Part shown: positions 26,893-36,276 of the stretch, one piece after another
Layout of the letters: every line of letters starts with the position of its first letter
Position numbering within the stretch: the first letter of the stretch is position 1
Assembly (NCBI GenBank): GCA_963527005.1
Contig: CAURPQ010000003.1
Span: forward strand, 12,486 to 76,485
Direction: 5' to 3'
From: an uncultured Candidatus Saccharibacteria bacterium
Lineage (GTDB): Bacteria; Patescibacteriota; Saccharimonadia; Saccharimonadales; Saccharimonadaceae
Length of the DNA: 64,000 nucleotides
Notes under the pieces: generated by a model
Told to the model about the DNA's origin: nothing
Databases searched by the model: none
The model's input: only the letters and a program-made list of their open reading frames with translations
Position numbers and translations under genes: made by a program

Positions 26893-27789
26893 TTAGTCTA
26901 GCGAAGAATTATCACCCTCTTTAGTTTGTTCGCGCCTGTCTTGATCCTGGCGTTTTTTTAGCTCTGCCACAAATCTAACCATTTCATCAACACGCTCTAA
27001 TAATCTTGATAAATAGCCCCTATCAACATTCGCCCCAGATCGTACATTTGCAATTTTCAGCTGGACTTCGTTAACCGAATTGCCAAGTAAAGCTATTTCT
27101 TTCTGCGAAGTAGCACTCTCAAGCACCTGAGCTGCATTGCCAACTTGATTAAGATTATCGCCAGCGAACGACAAACCTGCCTGAAAACCATCAAGCAACA
27201 CGCTTCCCGCTGTATCTATACTTTGCATAGCTTTTTCCAAACCCTCTCTCGCCGACTGCGCTGCCTGAAAGCAATTATCTATCAATTCCCTAAGTTTTTC
27301 GCTATTCATTTCCGGCTGCTGTTCATCGCCCTGCGTGTTTGCTTCTGGCTGATCATTAGATTCGCCTGTTTTTACCGCTTTTTCAGGCGGCTGAGAACTT
27401 GCATCTGGCGATTCTTTGCCTCCACCCCTTAACGCTGCTAATAAATTAGCGCGAGCTTCGTCTGGATCTTCTGGACTAGTAGTAGTCTCCTTTTTATCAG
27501 GTTGAAAGCCAGCCAGCCTCGCTCGTAACGCCTCCGCAGGCGACAATGTCCTTGGAGGGCCGGAACTGTCTTGTGATACAGCCTCCGATCTATCGTTTTC
27601 CGGAGCCGCCACGCCAGATGTCTCCAAAGCCAAATTTCCCATACGACCCGAAACTACATCCCCATCTTCCCGCAAAGATTCCAGATCAACCACCGTCAAG
27701 TCATCAACCTGAGATTCGCTTTCTGTTTCTGGTGTTTTTTGTTCTTGATAATCTCCAGCTATATAATGACCTGGAAACGCTTCTGTCAT
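26893..27789 (-). CDS. Orphan protein, acidic low-complexity N-half and coiled-coil C-half
   Basis: ORF from MTEAFP, 7 nt after TTGACT-N17-TATAAT. Confidence 0.75.
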   Translation of the reverse strand: MTEAFPGHYIAGDYQEQKTPETESESQVDDLTVVDLESLREDGDVVSGRMGNLALETSGVAAPENDRSEAVSQDSSGPPRTLSPAEALRARLAGFQPDKKETTTSPEDPDEARANLLAALRGGGKESPDASSQPPEKAVKTGESNDQPEANTQGDEQQPEMNSEKLRELIDNCFQAAQSAREGLEKAMQSIDTAGSVLLDGFQAGLSFAGDNLNQVGNAAQVLESATSQKEIALLGNSVNEVQLKIANVRSGANVDRGYLSRLLERVDEMVRFVAELKKRQDQDRREQTKEGDNSSLD

Positions 27790-27797
27790 AATGATAA

Positions 27798-27828
27798 TTA
27801 TAGCAAAACATAACCGAAAAGTCAACTA
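27798..27828 (-). repeat. 31-bp promoter repeat, copy 1
   Basis: TTATAGCAAAACATAACCGAAAAGTCAACTA; 29/31 identical to 29157-29187. Confidence 0.9.
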
Positions 27829-27860
27829 TAAAATAATAAAGATAAGATATAGCAAATACC

Positions 27861-29148
27861 CTACTCAGAAGAATCTTGTCTGCAACAACTAGCCAAAACA
27901 ACATGAGCAGCTTCTCTGTGTTGACCGCATATCGGAGTACCGTCCTTACGCGTGTCAGACTCCATATCATCCTCCGAATCGGGATCAAATGACCCGTCTA
28001 TCATTGATAAAGCTAATACCGCCGCATACTCAGAACTTGTCATTTTATCTGGATAGCCAGGATGGTTCGGATGTTTCAGATTACCAGGATCATTGTCTCT
28101 AACTCGCTCTGGCAAGTCGTCTGATGATGATTTCCGTATAGATTTAAGTTTTCTCCCGAAAAACTCCAGCAACCGGCAGCGCAGTAGATGATTCTTCCGA
28201 ATCTCATTTATCGTCTTCTTAAATCCGTCAAAACCAGTCTCAACGTCGTAAGGAGCATACTCATCAATGATACTCTTTATATTAGTACCTGCCAGACCTT
28301 TAAGCCAGTTAATGGAACTATAAAAACCCTTTATTGAAACTTTATCCCTACCCTTTATACCTTCGGATAATTGTCGCCGTGCATATGTCTGGCGTGCTTG
28401 CTCGCGCTGTTCGTCTGTCGCTGTAGGGCTTAGTATAACGTCCCATAACTCTCGCAAGTTTTTACTTTCCCTTTTTTGAGCTTGCATCGGAGGCTCGTTA
28501 AATCTATTACCATCAATATCCGTTCCAAGCGGCTGCGCCAGAAACTGCATTCTTTCAGAAAAGTCGTCTAGCTCATTTCGCTCTGGCGTCAAGCTTCGTT
28601 CTTGGCTGCTTGGCGGTACATAATGCCGCAAACTACCCCATCCGCCAGAATCGCCCTGATATTCTGGACTCTCATAAGAAACCACTGTGCCGTATTTTGA
28701 AGTGTCCTTTATCGTTAGAGTTCCATTCTCGTCAGTAGAGATTATGTAAATGCTGGCGAGACACAGACGTATTGCTATACAAATTAGGAAACCTATCATG
28801 ACCCCTGCCTATAACAATCTGATCATCTGACCTGATGCCCTTGATACCTGTAACATCCGCCGGATCGCTTAAATCGTGATGCTCGTCTGATGCAACAATA
28901 TAAGCACATGTTGGATCAATTATACAACCATCATAAGTACGCTGGCCATTTGCCTCAGGCAACTCGCTAACCTTATATATGGATAGCGTAGCTGGTTTCG
29001 CTCCTGTCCCCTCAGGATGTTTATCTCTAGCTCCTCCTAATGATAACGCAATTTTTGCTGGCGCCTCTTCAACAGGAAAAGACACCTCTTGACCGCGCGA
29101 AAGTGATTCTTCAATAATTACTTTCTCTTCTGGTCTATTCTGCTCCAT
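27861..29148 (-). pseudogene. FHA-domain orphan protein split by one frameshift
   Basis: IVIGR...VSRQH (28732-29148 frame) joins ...LTIKDTSKYGT (27861-28799 frame) to complete an FHA motif. Confidence 0.7.
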
Positions 29149-29156
29149 AGATCTAG

Positions 29157-29187
29157 TTATAGCAAAACATAAGCAAAAAGTCAACTA
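29157..29187 (-). repeat. 31-bp promoter repeat, copy 2
   Basis: TTATAGCAAAACATAAGCAAAAAGTCAACTA. Confidence 0.9.
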
Positions 29188-29228
29188 CGGCACAACAAAC
29201 ATATACCCCAGTCAAACGCCAAAATACG

Positions 29229-29618
29229 CTAAGCTAGACCGAGATGATACTTAATGCGAGACACCACATCGCTAATAACCACCTGCGATTTCACCAGATA
29301 GTCGTCAACACCCAAGCTCTCAGCGCGCTCCTTGTCTTTTGGCTGGCTCAGCGCTGTTAACATGATAATCCGCACATTGGCAGTCTCTGGAGTGTTGCGC
29401 AAAATATCCAGCACGTCAAAGCCGCTAATCTTCGGCATCATGGCGTCGAGCAAAATCAAATCCGGACGATATTCCACTGTCGCTGATAAAGCATCCTCGC
29501 CATTATGGACTTCCCTGACGTCAAACCCCTCAAGTTCAAGCCTCGAACGGTAAACCGCCGACAACGCCATTTCATCCTCTACTAATAAGATCTTTTTTTT
29601 CTGACCGCTCCCATTCAT
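29229..29618 (-). CDS. Stand-alone response regulator receiver protein
   Basis: ILLVEDE, PDLILLDAMMP..SGF, MLTA, YLVK. Confidence 0.92.
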   Translation of the reverse strand: MNGSGQKKKILLVEDEMALSAVYRSRLELEGFDVREVHNGEDALSATVEYRPDLILLDAMMPKISGFDVLDILRNTPETANVRIIMLTALSQPKDKERAESLGVDDYLVKSQVVISDVVSRIKYHLGLA

Positions 29619-29660
29619 AATACTTTTAATTTTAACGGTTATCGATAAAAAACACAAGCA

Positions 29661-30833
29661 TTATAAAGATTCGGCTTTTTCCAGCTGCGAATCTTTATCA
29701 TTCTTCACATCGTCCGCTGTCAATTCCACTTCCACATCAGGCTTAATGCCTTCCTTATCGATATTCTTGCCCTTTGGCGTATACCAGCGCGCTTCAGTGA
29801 CTTTTAGCTGCGAGCCGCTAGACAAATCAAGTACCACTTGTACGCTGCCTTTGCCATAGCTTTTCTTGCCAACTAATTTTGCCTTGCCATAATCGCGCAG
29901 CGCTCCTGCCGTAATCTCGCTGGCACTGGCGCTATTCTCATTAATCAGCACTACCGTCTGCATATTCTCTAAAATCGGCGAACCAGTCGAATTTAAGGTC
30001 TTGACCGTCTCCGAACCGCGCCGTTCCGTCAAAACAACTTGGTCATTCAGCCATAGCCCCAGCAAGCCCTGCGCCGAATCAACTGTCCCGCCCGGATTAT
30101 TACGTAAATCCACAATTACTTTCGTCACACCCCTGTCGATAAACTCCCGGGCAGCTTTTCTGGCAGCACTGACCGTGTCATCATTAAACCTGCTAACCGT
30201 CAAAATACCAGTTTTACCGTTAATTCTCGACTCCACCGCTGGCGCGGTAATATTTTGCCGCACCACGGAGACCTCGCGGATTTGCTGCCCGTTCTGCAGC
30301 GTCAACTTAACCGACGTGCCAATCTCGCCGCGAATCTTATCGACAACTTTATCGACGCCCCAATCGGCAGCTTCCTCGCCGTTTACTTTCATAATTACTT
30401 CGCCAGCCTTTATGCCTGCTTTTTGCGCCGGGCTGTCGTTTAATGGCTTGATGATTGTCGGTTTATTATTCCTTAAGCCAATCTCTGCGCCTATGCCGCC
30501 GCCGATATTACCGCTTAGCGACTTCTTAAACTCCTCGGATTCCTCTGGATCCATATACGACGTATGCTTGTCGCCGACAGCAGCCACCAAACCCCGACTG
30601 GCGCCGTAAATTAACTTTTGCGTATCCAGTTTGCCATCATAATTCGCCGCTAATTGCTGGTATGTCTCTTGAACGCTAGACAAATCAATCGTTTTATTAG
30701 ACGCGCGCACCCCAAACATTGGCGCTGCCGCCGCAAAAATCGTCTCATAGCGAGTCCCCGCCGCGAAGCTAACAATCGCCACGATAATCACTGCCAAAAA
30801 CTGAACCGACTGGCTTTTTTTTCTCTCCGTCAT
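29661..30833 (-). CDS. S41 family C-terminal processing protease (CtpA-like, PDZ)
   Basis: GIGAEI PDZ; DLRNNPGG; SASASE; YGKGSVQ. Confidence 0.95.
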   Translation of the reverse strand: MTERKKSQSVQFLAVIIVAIVSFAAGTRYETIFAAAAPMFGVRASNKTIDLSSVQETYQQLAANYDGKLDTQKLIYGASRGLVAAVGDKHTSYMDPEESEEFKKSLSGNIGGGIGAEIGLRNNKPTIIKPLNDSPAQKAGIKAGEVIMKVNGEEAADWGVDKVVDKIRGEIGTSVKLTLQNGQQIREVSVVRQNITAPAVESRINGKTGILTVSRFNDDTVSAARKAAREFIDRGVTKVIVDLRNNPGGTVDSAQGLLGLWLNDQVVLTERRGSETVKTLNSTGSPILENMQTVVLINENSASASEITAGALRDYGKAKLVGKKSYGKGSVQVVLDLSSGSQLKVTEARWYTPKGKNIDKEGIKPDVEVELTADDVKNDKDSQLEKAESL

Positions 30834-30850
30834 ATCATTACATTATACAA

Positions 30851-30879
30851 CAAAACGCCCGATTAGCGCGAGCGTTTTT
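30851..30879 (-). terminator. Probable intrinsic terminator
   Basis: AAAACGC...GCGTTTT hairpin after the CHAP gene. Confidence 0.5.
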
Positions 30880-30898
30880 ATATTAATAGAGGTTATTA

Positions 30899-32035
30899 CT
30901 AGAAATAAATGTATGTCAGACCAGAGGCTGAGCGCGTATAATTCCTATATAAACCATCCCAAGCAAAGTTATAATCGCTCACCGTGATAGTACCGTCGCC
31001 GTTAACCGATTCAACATACATGACGTGACCGTAATAACCGATGTTCATCACTGCCGCGGCGCCTGCTTTTGGCGTCGAGCCGCTGGAAATACCATGGCGC
31101 GCTGCCGTTGATGGCCACTGGTTAGCGTTACCCGCGCCGCCAAAATGCGGCACGTACCGACCGGTGCTATGAATTTTCCAAGCCACATAGCTCACACACT
31201 CGCGCGTATATAACCCCCACGGATCAACATAAGCATCCAGCGGTGCATTTGCCCAAACACCTGGATAACCACCGCCGCCTGGAATACCGCCTGGGATTGA
31301 TACGCCATTACCAAGAGCGCGCCGGTTGGCAGCTGCCTGCTCCTCGCGAAGCTTAGCGACCTCGCTGTTACGCTTTTGCGCTAGTGCCGAATAAGCGTTT
31401 TGGTCGTTCTTAGTATCGGCAACCAGCTTAGCTTTCTCTGACTGTTTGGACGACAGAACATTGCGCTGCGCTTCCTGGTCTCTAAGCGTATTTTCGACCA
31501 GCTTTTTATTCTCTTCCAACTTCTTTTGGAGTGCCTTAATTTCCTTGATCTTACCATTCAGCGATGTCCTCAGCGAGCTGCGCTGCTCTTGCTTATCAAT
31601 GTAATCTCCTATGCTATTTGAGCTGGCCAGCATCTCCAACGGCGAAATCTGATCATCAACATGCATATCCGCCAAAACCTGACCCATCGCCTTGCGTCTT
31701 TGTTTTATCAATAACTCATTTCTCTTTATCTGCGCATTCAGATTATCTATTTTCTTTTGGCTATCAACTATCTGCCCCTGAATAGCGGTAATCTGGCCAT
31801 TTATTTTATCTAGCTCAGACTGCAAATTATCCGCCATTTCGCCCAAACGAGACGCCTCGGAATTATATTTGCTGGCCTCTTGTTCTTTTGCTTTGATTTC
31901 TGCCTCGTAATCACGAGCAAAAACATGCGAACCCAAGGCAAAAACACCTGAGCCTGCGATCAACACAGCCATAGCCACCAGGGCTGCCCTGCTGGCTAAT
32001 GAATCTGAAATTGGTGTGGTGGACCGTAATTTCAT
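30899..32035 (-). CDS. PcsB/CwlO-like coiled-coil plus CHAP peptidoglycan hydrolase
   Basis: Signal peptide, long coiled coil, ECVSY..GNA..W..GHV.YVE; adjacent to ftsEX. Confidence 0.9.
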   Translation of the reverse strand: MKLRSTTPISDSLASRAALVAMAVLIAGSGVFALGSHVFARDYEAEIKAKEQEASKYNSEASRLGEMADNLQSELDKINGQITAIQGQIVDSQKKIDNLNAQIKRNELLIKQRRKAMGQVLADMHVDDQISPLEMLASSNSIGDYIDKQEQRSSLRTSLNGKIKEIKALQKKLEENKKLVENTLRDQEAQRNVLSSKQSEKAKLVADTKNDQNAYSALAQKRNSEVAKLREEQAAANRRALGNGVSIPGGIPGGGGYPGVWANAPLDAYVDPWGLYTRECVSYVAWKIHSTGRYVPHFGGAGNANQWPSTAARHGISSGSTPKAGAAAVMNIGYYGHVMYVESVNGDGTITVSDYNFAWDGLYRNYTRSASGLTYIYF

Positions 32036-32127
32036 ACCTATATGTTAGCACAAGCGCGATAACGTTGTCAACAGGATTTGAGCCATTTAAGAAAACCCTA
32101 TAACAAGCACTCTTTTTTAGACCAAAA

Positions 32128-33123
32128 CTACAACTTCAAATACTTGCGCGTGGCAATCCATGAGGAGACTACGCCGATGAATGCGCCGATGACAATCATC
32201 GCCAAAAGTACCAAGCCGACGTACATGGTTAGGCTGCTAAGCAAGCCCTCCGCTGGAATACCGTATCTGGTCATCGGCTCGCGAACAAAAAACAGCAAGC
32301 TGTAGCCGGCGATCGTCGCGATAATTGCCGCGATAAATCCGTACATTACTGCTTCTACGATAAACGGTCCGCGGATAAAACTCCTTTCAGCGCCGATTAG
32401 CTTCATCATTTGAATCTCGTCTTTCCTATTAAAGATTGCCATGCGAATCGTATTAAAAACAACCAGCGAAGAAATCACCACGAACACCACAGTAGCAATT
32501 GAGCCGCCAATACTTGCCAAATGCACCCAGTCGCCAACGGTTTTCAGCGCCTGCTGGCGGTCGCCGCTAAACGACGGTTCTTGGCGCGGATCTTTGTATT
32601 TTTTATACAATTTGTCAGTTTTAATAAAATTCTCCAGAGATTTCTGATTATTCAGATCTTCTACCGAGACTCGCAGCGTCGCCGACATCTCGTTGCTGGA
32701 CTCTTTAATAGCCTCCAATGCCTCCGGGTCGTCTTCATACTGCTTGGCTTGCTGATCGCGCGCCTCCTCGGCAGAAACGTATTTTACGCCAACCACATTA
32801 TCCAATTTGGCAATCCGCGACTTAATAGCGTTAATTTCTTTTTCCGGCGTATCGCCCTTTAGGTAAATCGACATATCGGCTTGTTTAGAGATATTGGATG
32901 CCGTGTCTAATAAAATTTGGCGGGCGGACATCGTCATAAAAACGATCAAAAGCGTAATACTCATCACCGCAGTAGCAGCAACCGTCAGCCAAGCATTACG
33001 GCTAAAACTATTGATGCCGTAGCGGCACATTCTAACAAATGTCAACCAGCCGCGCCGGCGCTGTTTGATACGAACTGCTTCCCTTGAAGATACGGGTTTT
33101 TTCCTTGTCTTTGCCTTTGTCAT
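32128..33123 (-). CDS. ftsX: Cell division permease FtsX
   Basis: NTIRMAIFNRKDEIQMMKLIGA...FIRGPF. Confidence 0.93.
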   Translation of the reverse strand: MTKAKTRKKPVSSREAVRIKQRRRGWLTFVRMCRYGINSFSRNAWLTVAATAVMSITLLIVFMTMSARQILLDTASNISKQADMSIYLKGDTPEKEINAIKSRIAKLDNVVGVKYVSAEEARDQQAKQYEDDPEALEAIKESSNEMSATLRVSVEDLNNQKSLENFIKTDKLYKKYKDPRQEPSFSGDRQQALKTVGDWVHLASIGGSIATVVFVVISSLVVFNTIRMAIFNRKDEIQMMKLIGAERSFIRGPFIVEAVMYGFIAAIIATIAGYSLLFFVREPMTRYGIPAEGLLSSLTMYVGLVLLAMIVIGAFIGVVSSWIATRKYLKL

Positions 33124-33803
33124 TGCTTATAGCTTCCTTTTGCTTGGTCAGAAGTAATCTTACCGTGATCAATGGTAATAACGCGCCGCTTCAACCGGTT
33201 AACAATCTCCACGTTGTGCGTCGTTAAAATCACTGTAGTGCCGTATTTATTAATTTTTTCCAGCAAACGCACAATATCCCAGCTGTGTTTCGGATCCAGG
33301 TTGCCAGTCGGCTCGTCAGCGATCAGAATTTTCGGCTGGCGCACTACCGCCCTAGCAATCGCCACCCGCTGCTGCTCGCCGCCAGACAACTGATGCGGAA
33401 ATTGTTTTTCCTTGCCTTTCAAGCCCACCAGCTCAATCACTTTCGGCACGGTCGATTTGATCTCGCGGTTGGTCATTCCGGCAATTTCCAGCGCAAACGC
33501 AATATTCTCAAACACTGTCCGATTCGGTAGCAGCTTAAAATCCTGAAACACCACGCCAATTTTACGGCGCAGCAACGGAATGTGCTTATCTTTCAAATTG
33601 TCATAATCAATGCCGCCAACGACGATTTTCCCGGAGCTTGGCTTTTCCTCGCGCGTCAGGAGTTTTAGTAGCGTCGATTTACCAGCGCCAGAAGTACCAA
33701 CGATAATCACAAACTCGCCAGCGCTAACGTGAATACTCGCCCGATTTAAGGCTGGCTTATTATTCTTCCCGTAATTCTTCGTCACCCTATCTAACAGAAT
33801 CAT
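33120..33803 (-). CDS. ftsE: Cell division ATP-binding protein FtsE
   Basis: [38 protein letters not shown]. Confidence 0.95.
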   Translation of the reverse strand: MILLDRVTKNYGKNNKPALNRASIHVSAGEFVIIVGTSGAGKSTLLKLLTREEKPSSGKIVVGGIDYDNLKDKHIPLLRRKIGVVFQDFKLLPNRTVFENIAFALEIAGMTNREIKSTVPKVIELVGLKGKEKQFPHQLSGGEQQRVAIARAVVRQPKILIADEPTGNLDPKHSWDIVRLLEKINKYGTTVILTTHNVEIVNRLKRRVITIDHGKITSDQAKGSYKQ

Positions 33804-33851
33804 CAAGCAATATTATAGCATAAACTGTATTCTGGCCGCAAACTGCTGATA

Positions 33852-34928
33852 TCACTGGGTTTTTCGCAAGTACGCCTCAATAAACTCATCAATATCGCCA
33901 TCCAGCACCCCTTGGGTATTGCGGTTCTCGTGCTTGGTGCGGGTATCCTTGACCAGTGTGTATGGGTGCAGGACATAATTCCTGATCTGACTGCCCCAGT
34001 TGGCCGACTCGCCGGCCCTGAGGTCAGACAGCGTTTCGGCGTGCTGCTCCAGCTTCATCGCCAGTAACTTGGAGCGCAAAATCTTCAGTGCCGTTTCTTT
34101 ATTCTGAATCTGCGAGCGCTCGTTCTGAATCGCCACGGTAATGCCCGTCGGCACGTGCGTCACCCGCACCGCCGAATCAGTCGTATTGACGCCCTGGCCA
34201 CCCTTGCCGCCCGAGCGATAGACATCAATCCTCAGATCATTCGGGTCAATCGCAATCTCATCCGGCGTATCAATCTTTGGCAGCACCTCCACCAACGCGA
34301 AGCTGGTCTGGCGCAAATTATCGGCATTAAATGGACTCAATCGCACCAGCCGATGCACGCCATTTTCTGAGCGCAATTTTCCATAGGCAAACGGCCCAGA
34401 AATTTCCAGCACCGCCGTCTTTATCCCGGCATCATCATTGGTCGAACGCTCCAGCGTGTCAACTTTCATCCCCGACCGCTCCGCCCAACGCAGATACATC
34501 CGCTCCAGCATGGCTGCGAAATCCTGAGCATCCAGCCCACCTACACCAGCCGAAATCCGCACCACTGCCTCGCGGTTGTCGTACGGGCCACTGAATAGTA
34601 GATCGGTCTTGCGCTGGGTAAACTCCTGCTCTAGCGCCGCCACCTGCGCCTCAAACTCCGGCAGCAAATCATCGTCGCCCAGCTCCATCAACTCAGCGAT
34701 ATCCGCTAACTGCACCCCCAGCGTCTGCCACGGCTCGACTGTCTGACGCAAGCTAGCCGCCTTTTTGGCCAGAGCCTGCGCCTCGTCCGGATTATGCCAA
34801 ATCTCCGGCTGATTAAGCCGCTCATCCAGCGCCGCCAAGTTTTGCTCCAAATCAGCAAATTTCAATGCCGCTTTAGCTTGCGCAATCTCTTTCTGTAATT
34901 CCCCAATTTTCTTTTTTAGCGGTTGCAT
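33852..34928 (-). CDS. prfB: Peptide chain release factor 2
   Basis: SPF tripeptide and GGQ motif; single continuous ORF. Confidence 0.96.
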   Translation of the reverse strand: MQPLKKKIGELQKEIAQAKAALKFADLEQNLAALDERLNQPEIWHNPDEAQALAKKAASLRQTVEPWQTLGVQLADIAELMELGDDDLLPEFEAQVAALEQEFTQRKTDLLFSGPYDNREAVVRISAGVGGLDAQDFAAMLERMYLRWAERSGMKVDTLERSTNDDAGIKTAVLEISGPFAYGKLRSENGVHRLVRLSPFNADNLRQTSFALVEVLPKIDTPDEIAIDPNDLRIDVYRSGGKGGQGVNTTDSAVRVTHVPTGITVAIQNERSQIQNKETALKILRSKLLAMKLEQHAETLSDLRAGESANWGSQIRNYVLHPYTLVKDTRTKHENRNTQGVLDGDIDEFIEAYLRKTQ

Positions 34929-34955
34929 ATATGCTTATTGTATCACGGCGGAGGG

Positions 34956-36243
34956 TTACCGAATAATACTATAGCCCATGCTGGATCTTGCCCGATCTTG
35001 CTGCGACCACGCATCTACGATAATCGGCCGCACCTGCTCATACCACGATCTAATAGACTCTGCCTTCTCTGAGCTAAGACTTTCTACCGCATTTTCAACC
35101 ATACGATCTGTAGTATATTGACTAAGCTGCTCATCTCTTCTATCGCCAGAATTAGCCCCTGCCCTAAATCCATTGATCCCCGGTGCTGATCTAATTTTAC
35201 CTTCTTGAACCCTACGAGCAATACCGGACCGATTTAGAGAAAGCCTGCTCTCATAGTCATCATACCCTTCAAAGTACTCTATCCTATCAAATTCACCGTT
35301 TTCATCAAAATAAGCAGTTGGTGTCCGGCGGGCAACATCGACTGTATGATAATCCTTCAAAATCTGCTCTGCCTCGGCTTCAGTCACATCTCCTGTATGC
35401 AAAGCAAACTCAATTACGGCTGTAAATACTTTTGGCGAGGGGAAAGACTTAATCAGAGTATCTCCATCAACGGCACGAAAATTTAATTTTTCATTCGATC
35501 CCGACATATAATAACACCTACCATCAAAAAACACCTTTAGCTCTTCTTCCCCGCCACACTCCGCAGACATAGATCTAACAACTTTATCTTCAGCGTAGGG
35601 ATTTTGTTTTTCACTAGGAATCTCAACGACAGGAAGGCTCATTCTGTATCCGAGACTATGTATAGCTTTTGCCAGGTCAGCATCAATGGGATTTTTTCGA
35701 GAATTTACTTTATAGAAAAATCCAACAGCTTTTAGCCCGCTTTGACCAAGGGCTACAATTTCGTTATACATACCAGGCGAACTACGCTCAAGTATCTCAT
35801 CTGGCGACAAAATCCCCATAGACTGCCCTTTGGCTATAAGATGGTCTCTGTGGCTATTCGGTGCGCCAGCATCAGTCGGTGAAGTAAGTACAACACTTGA
35901 CTCAGGGGCAACCACGATAATGCCAGCACCCCCCCCATGTGGCAGTATGGTCCTGATCTATCAGCGACATGCTTAAAGAAACCCTCTCATCAACTCTCTC
36001 TGGTTCTTTAAATACATTAATCGATTGATCACCTGCCTCATCAGCAACAATCCCTTTGTCCTGCGTTACCAACTGGATAAAAAGCGCACCAATACGAGCA
36101 TGGGGATTAAAAGCATGTACCAAATAACGAAAGTCCTCAGGATTATGCCTGCAAGGATCGGTTGTCTGACCCCAATAAGCAAGCTCAGCTTTGCTAGCGT
36201 TAGTGACCTCTTGGTTAGCTGCTTCCAGTAATTCAAATGACAT
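34956..36243 (-). pseudogene. Orphan gene split at a G8 tract; ADP-ribosyltransferase-like motifs
   Basis: Removing one G at 35929-35936 fuses 35902-36243 with 34956-35915 (TATWGGAGIIVVAPE); YLVH...SMS...NEIV. Confidence 0.6.
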
Positions 36244-36276
36244 ATTTTTATATCGTACACTATATATGTGTATATG

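Noticed and set aside
27410..27465. ARANLLAALRGG resembling a WH2 actin-binding motif
   Set aside because: Short, lacks the LKK element, and the likely host is bacterial
27798..29187. Repeats as a CRISPR array or integron attC sites
   Set aside because: Only two copies 1.36 kb apart, non-palindromic, and no cas gene or integrase in the window
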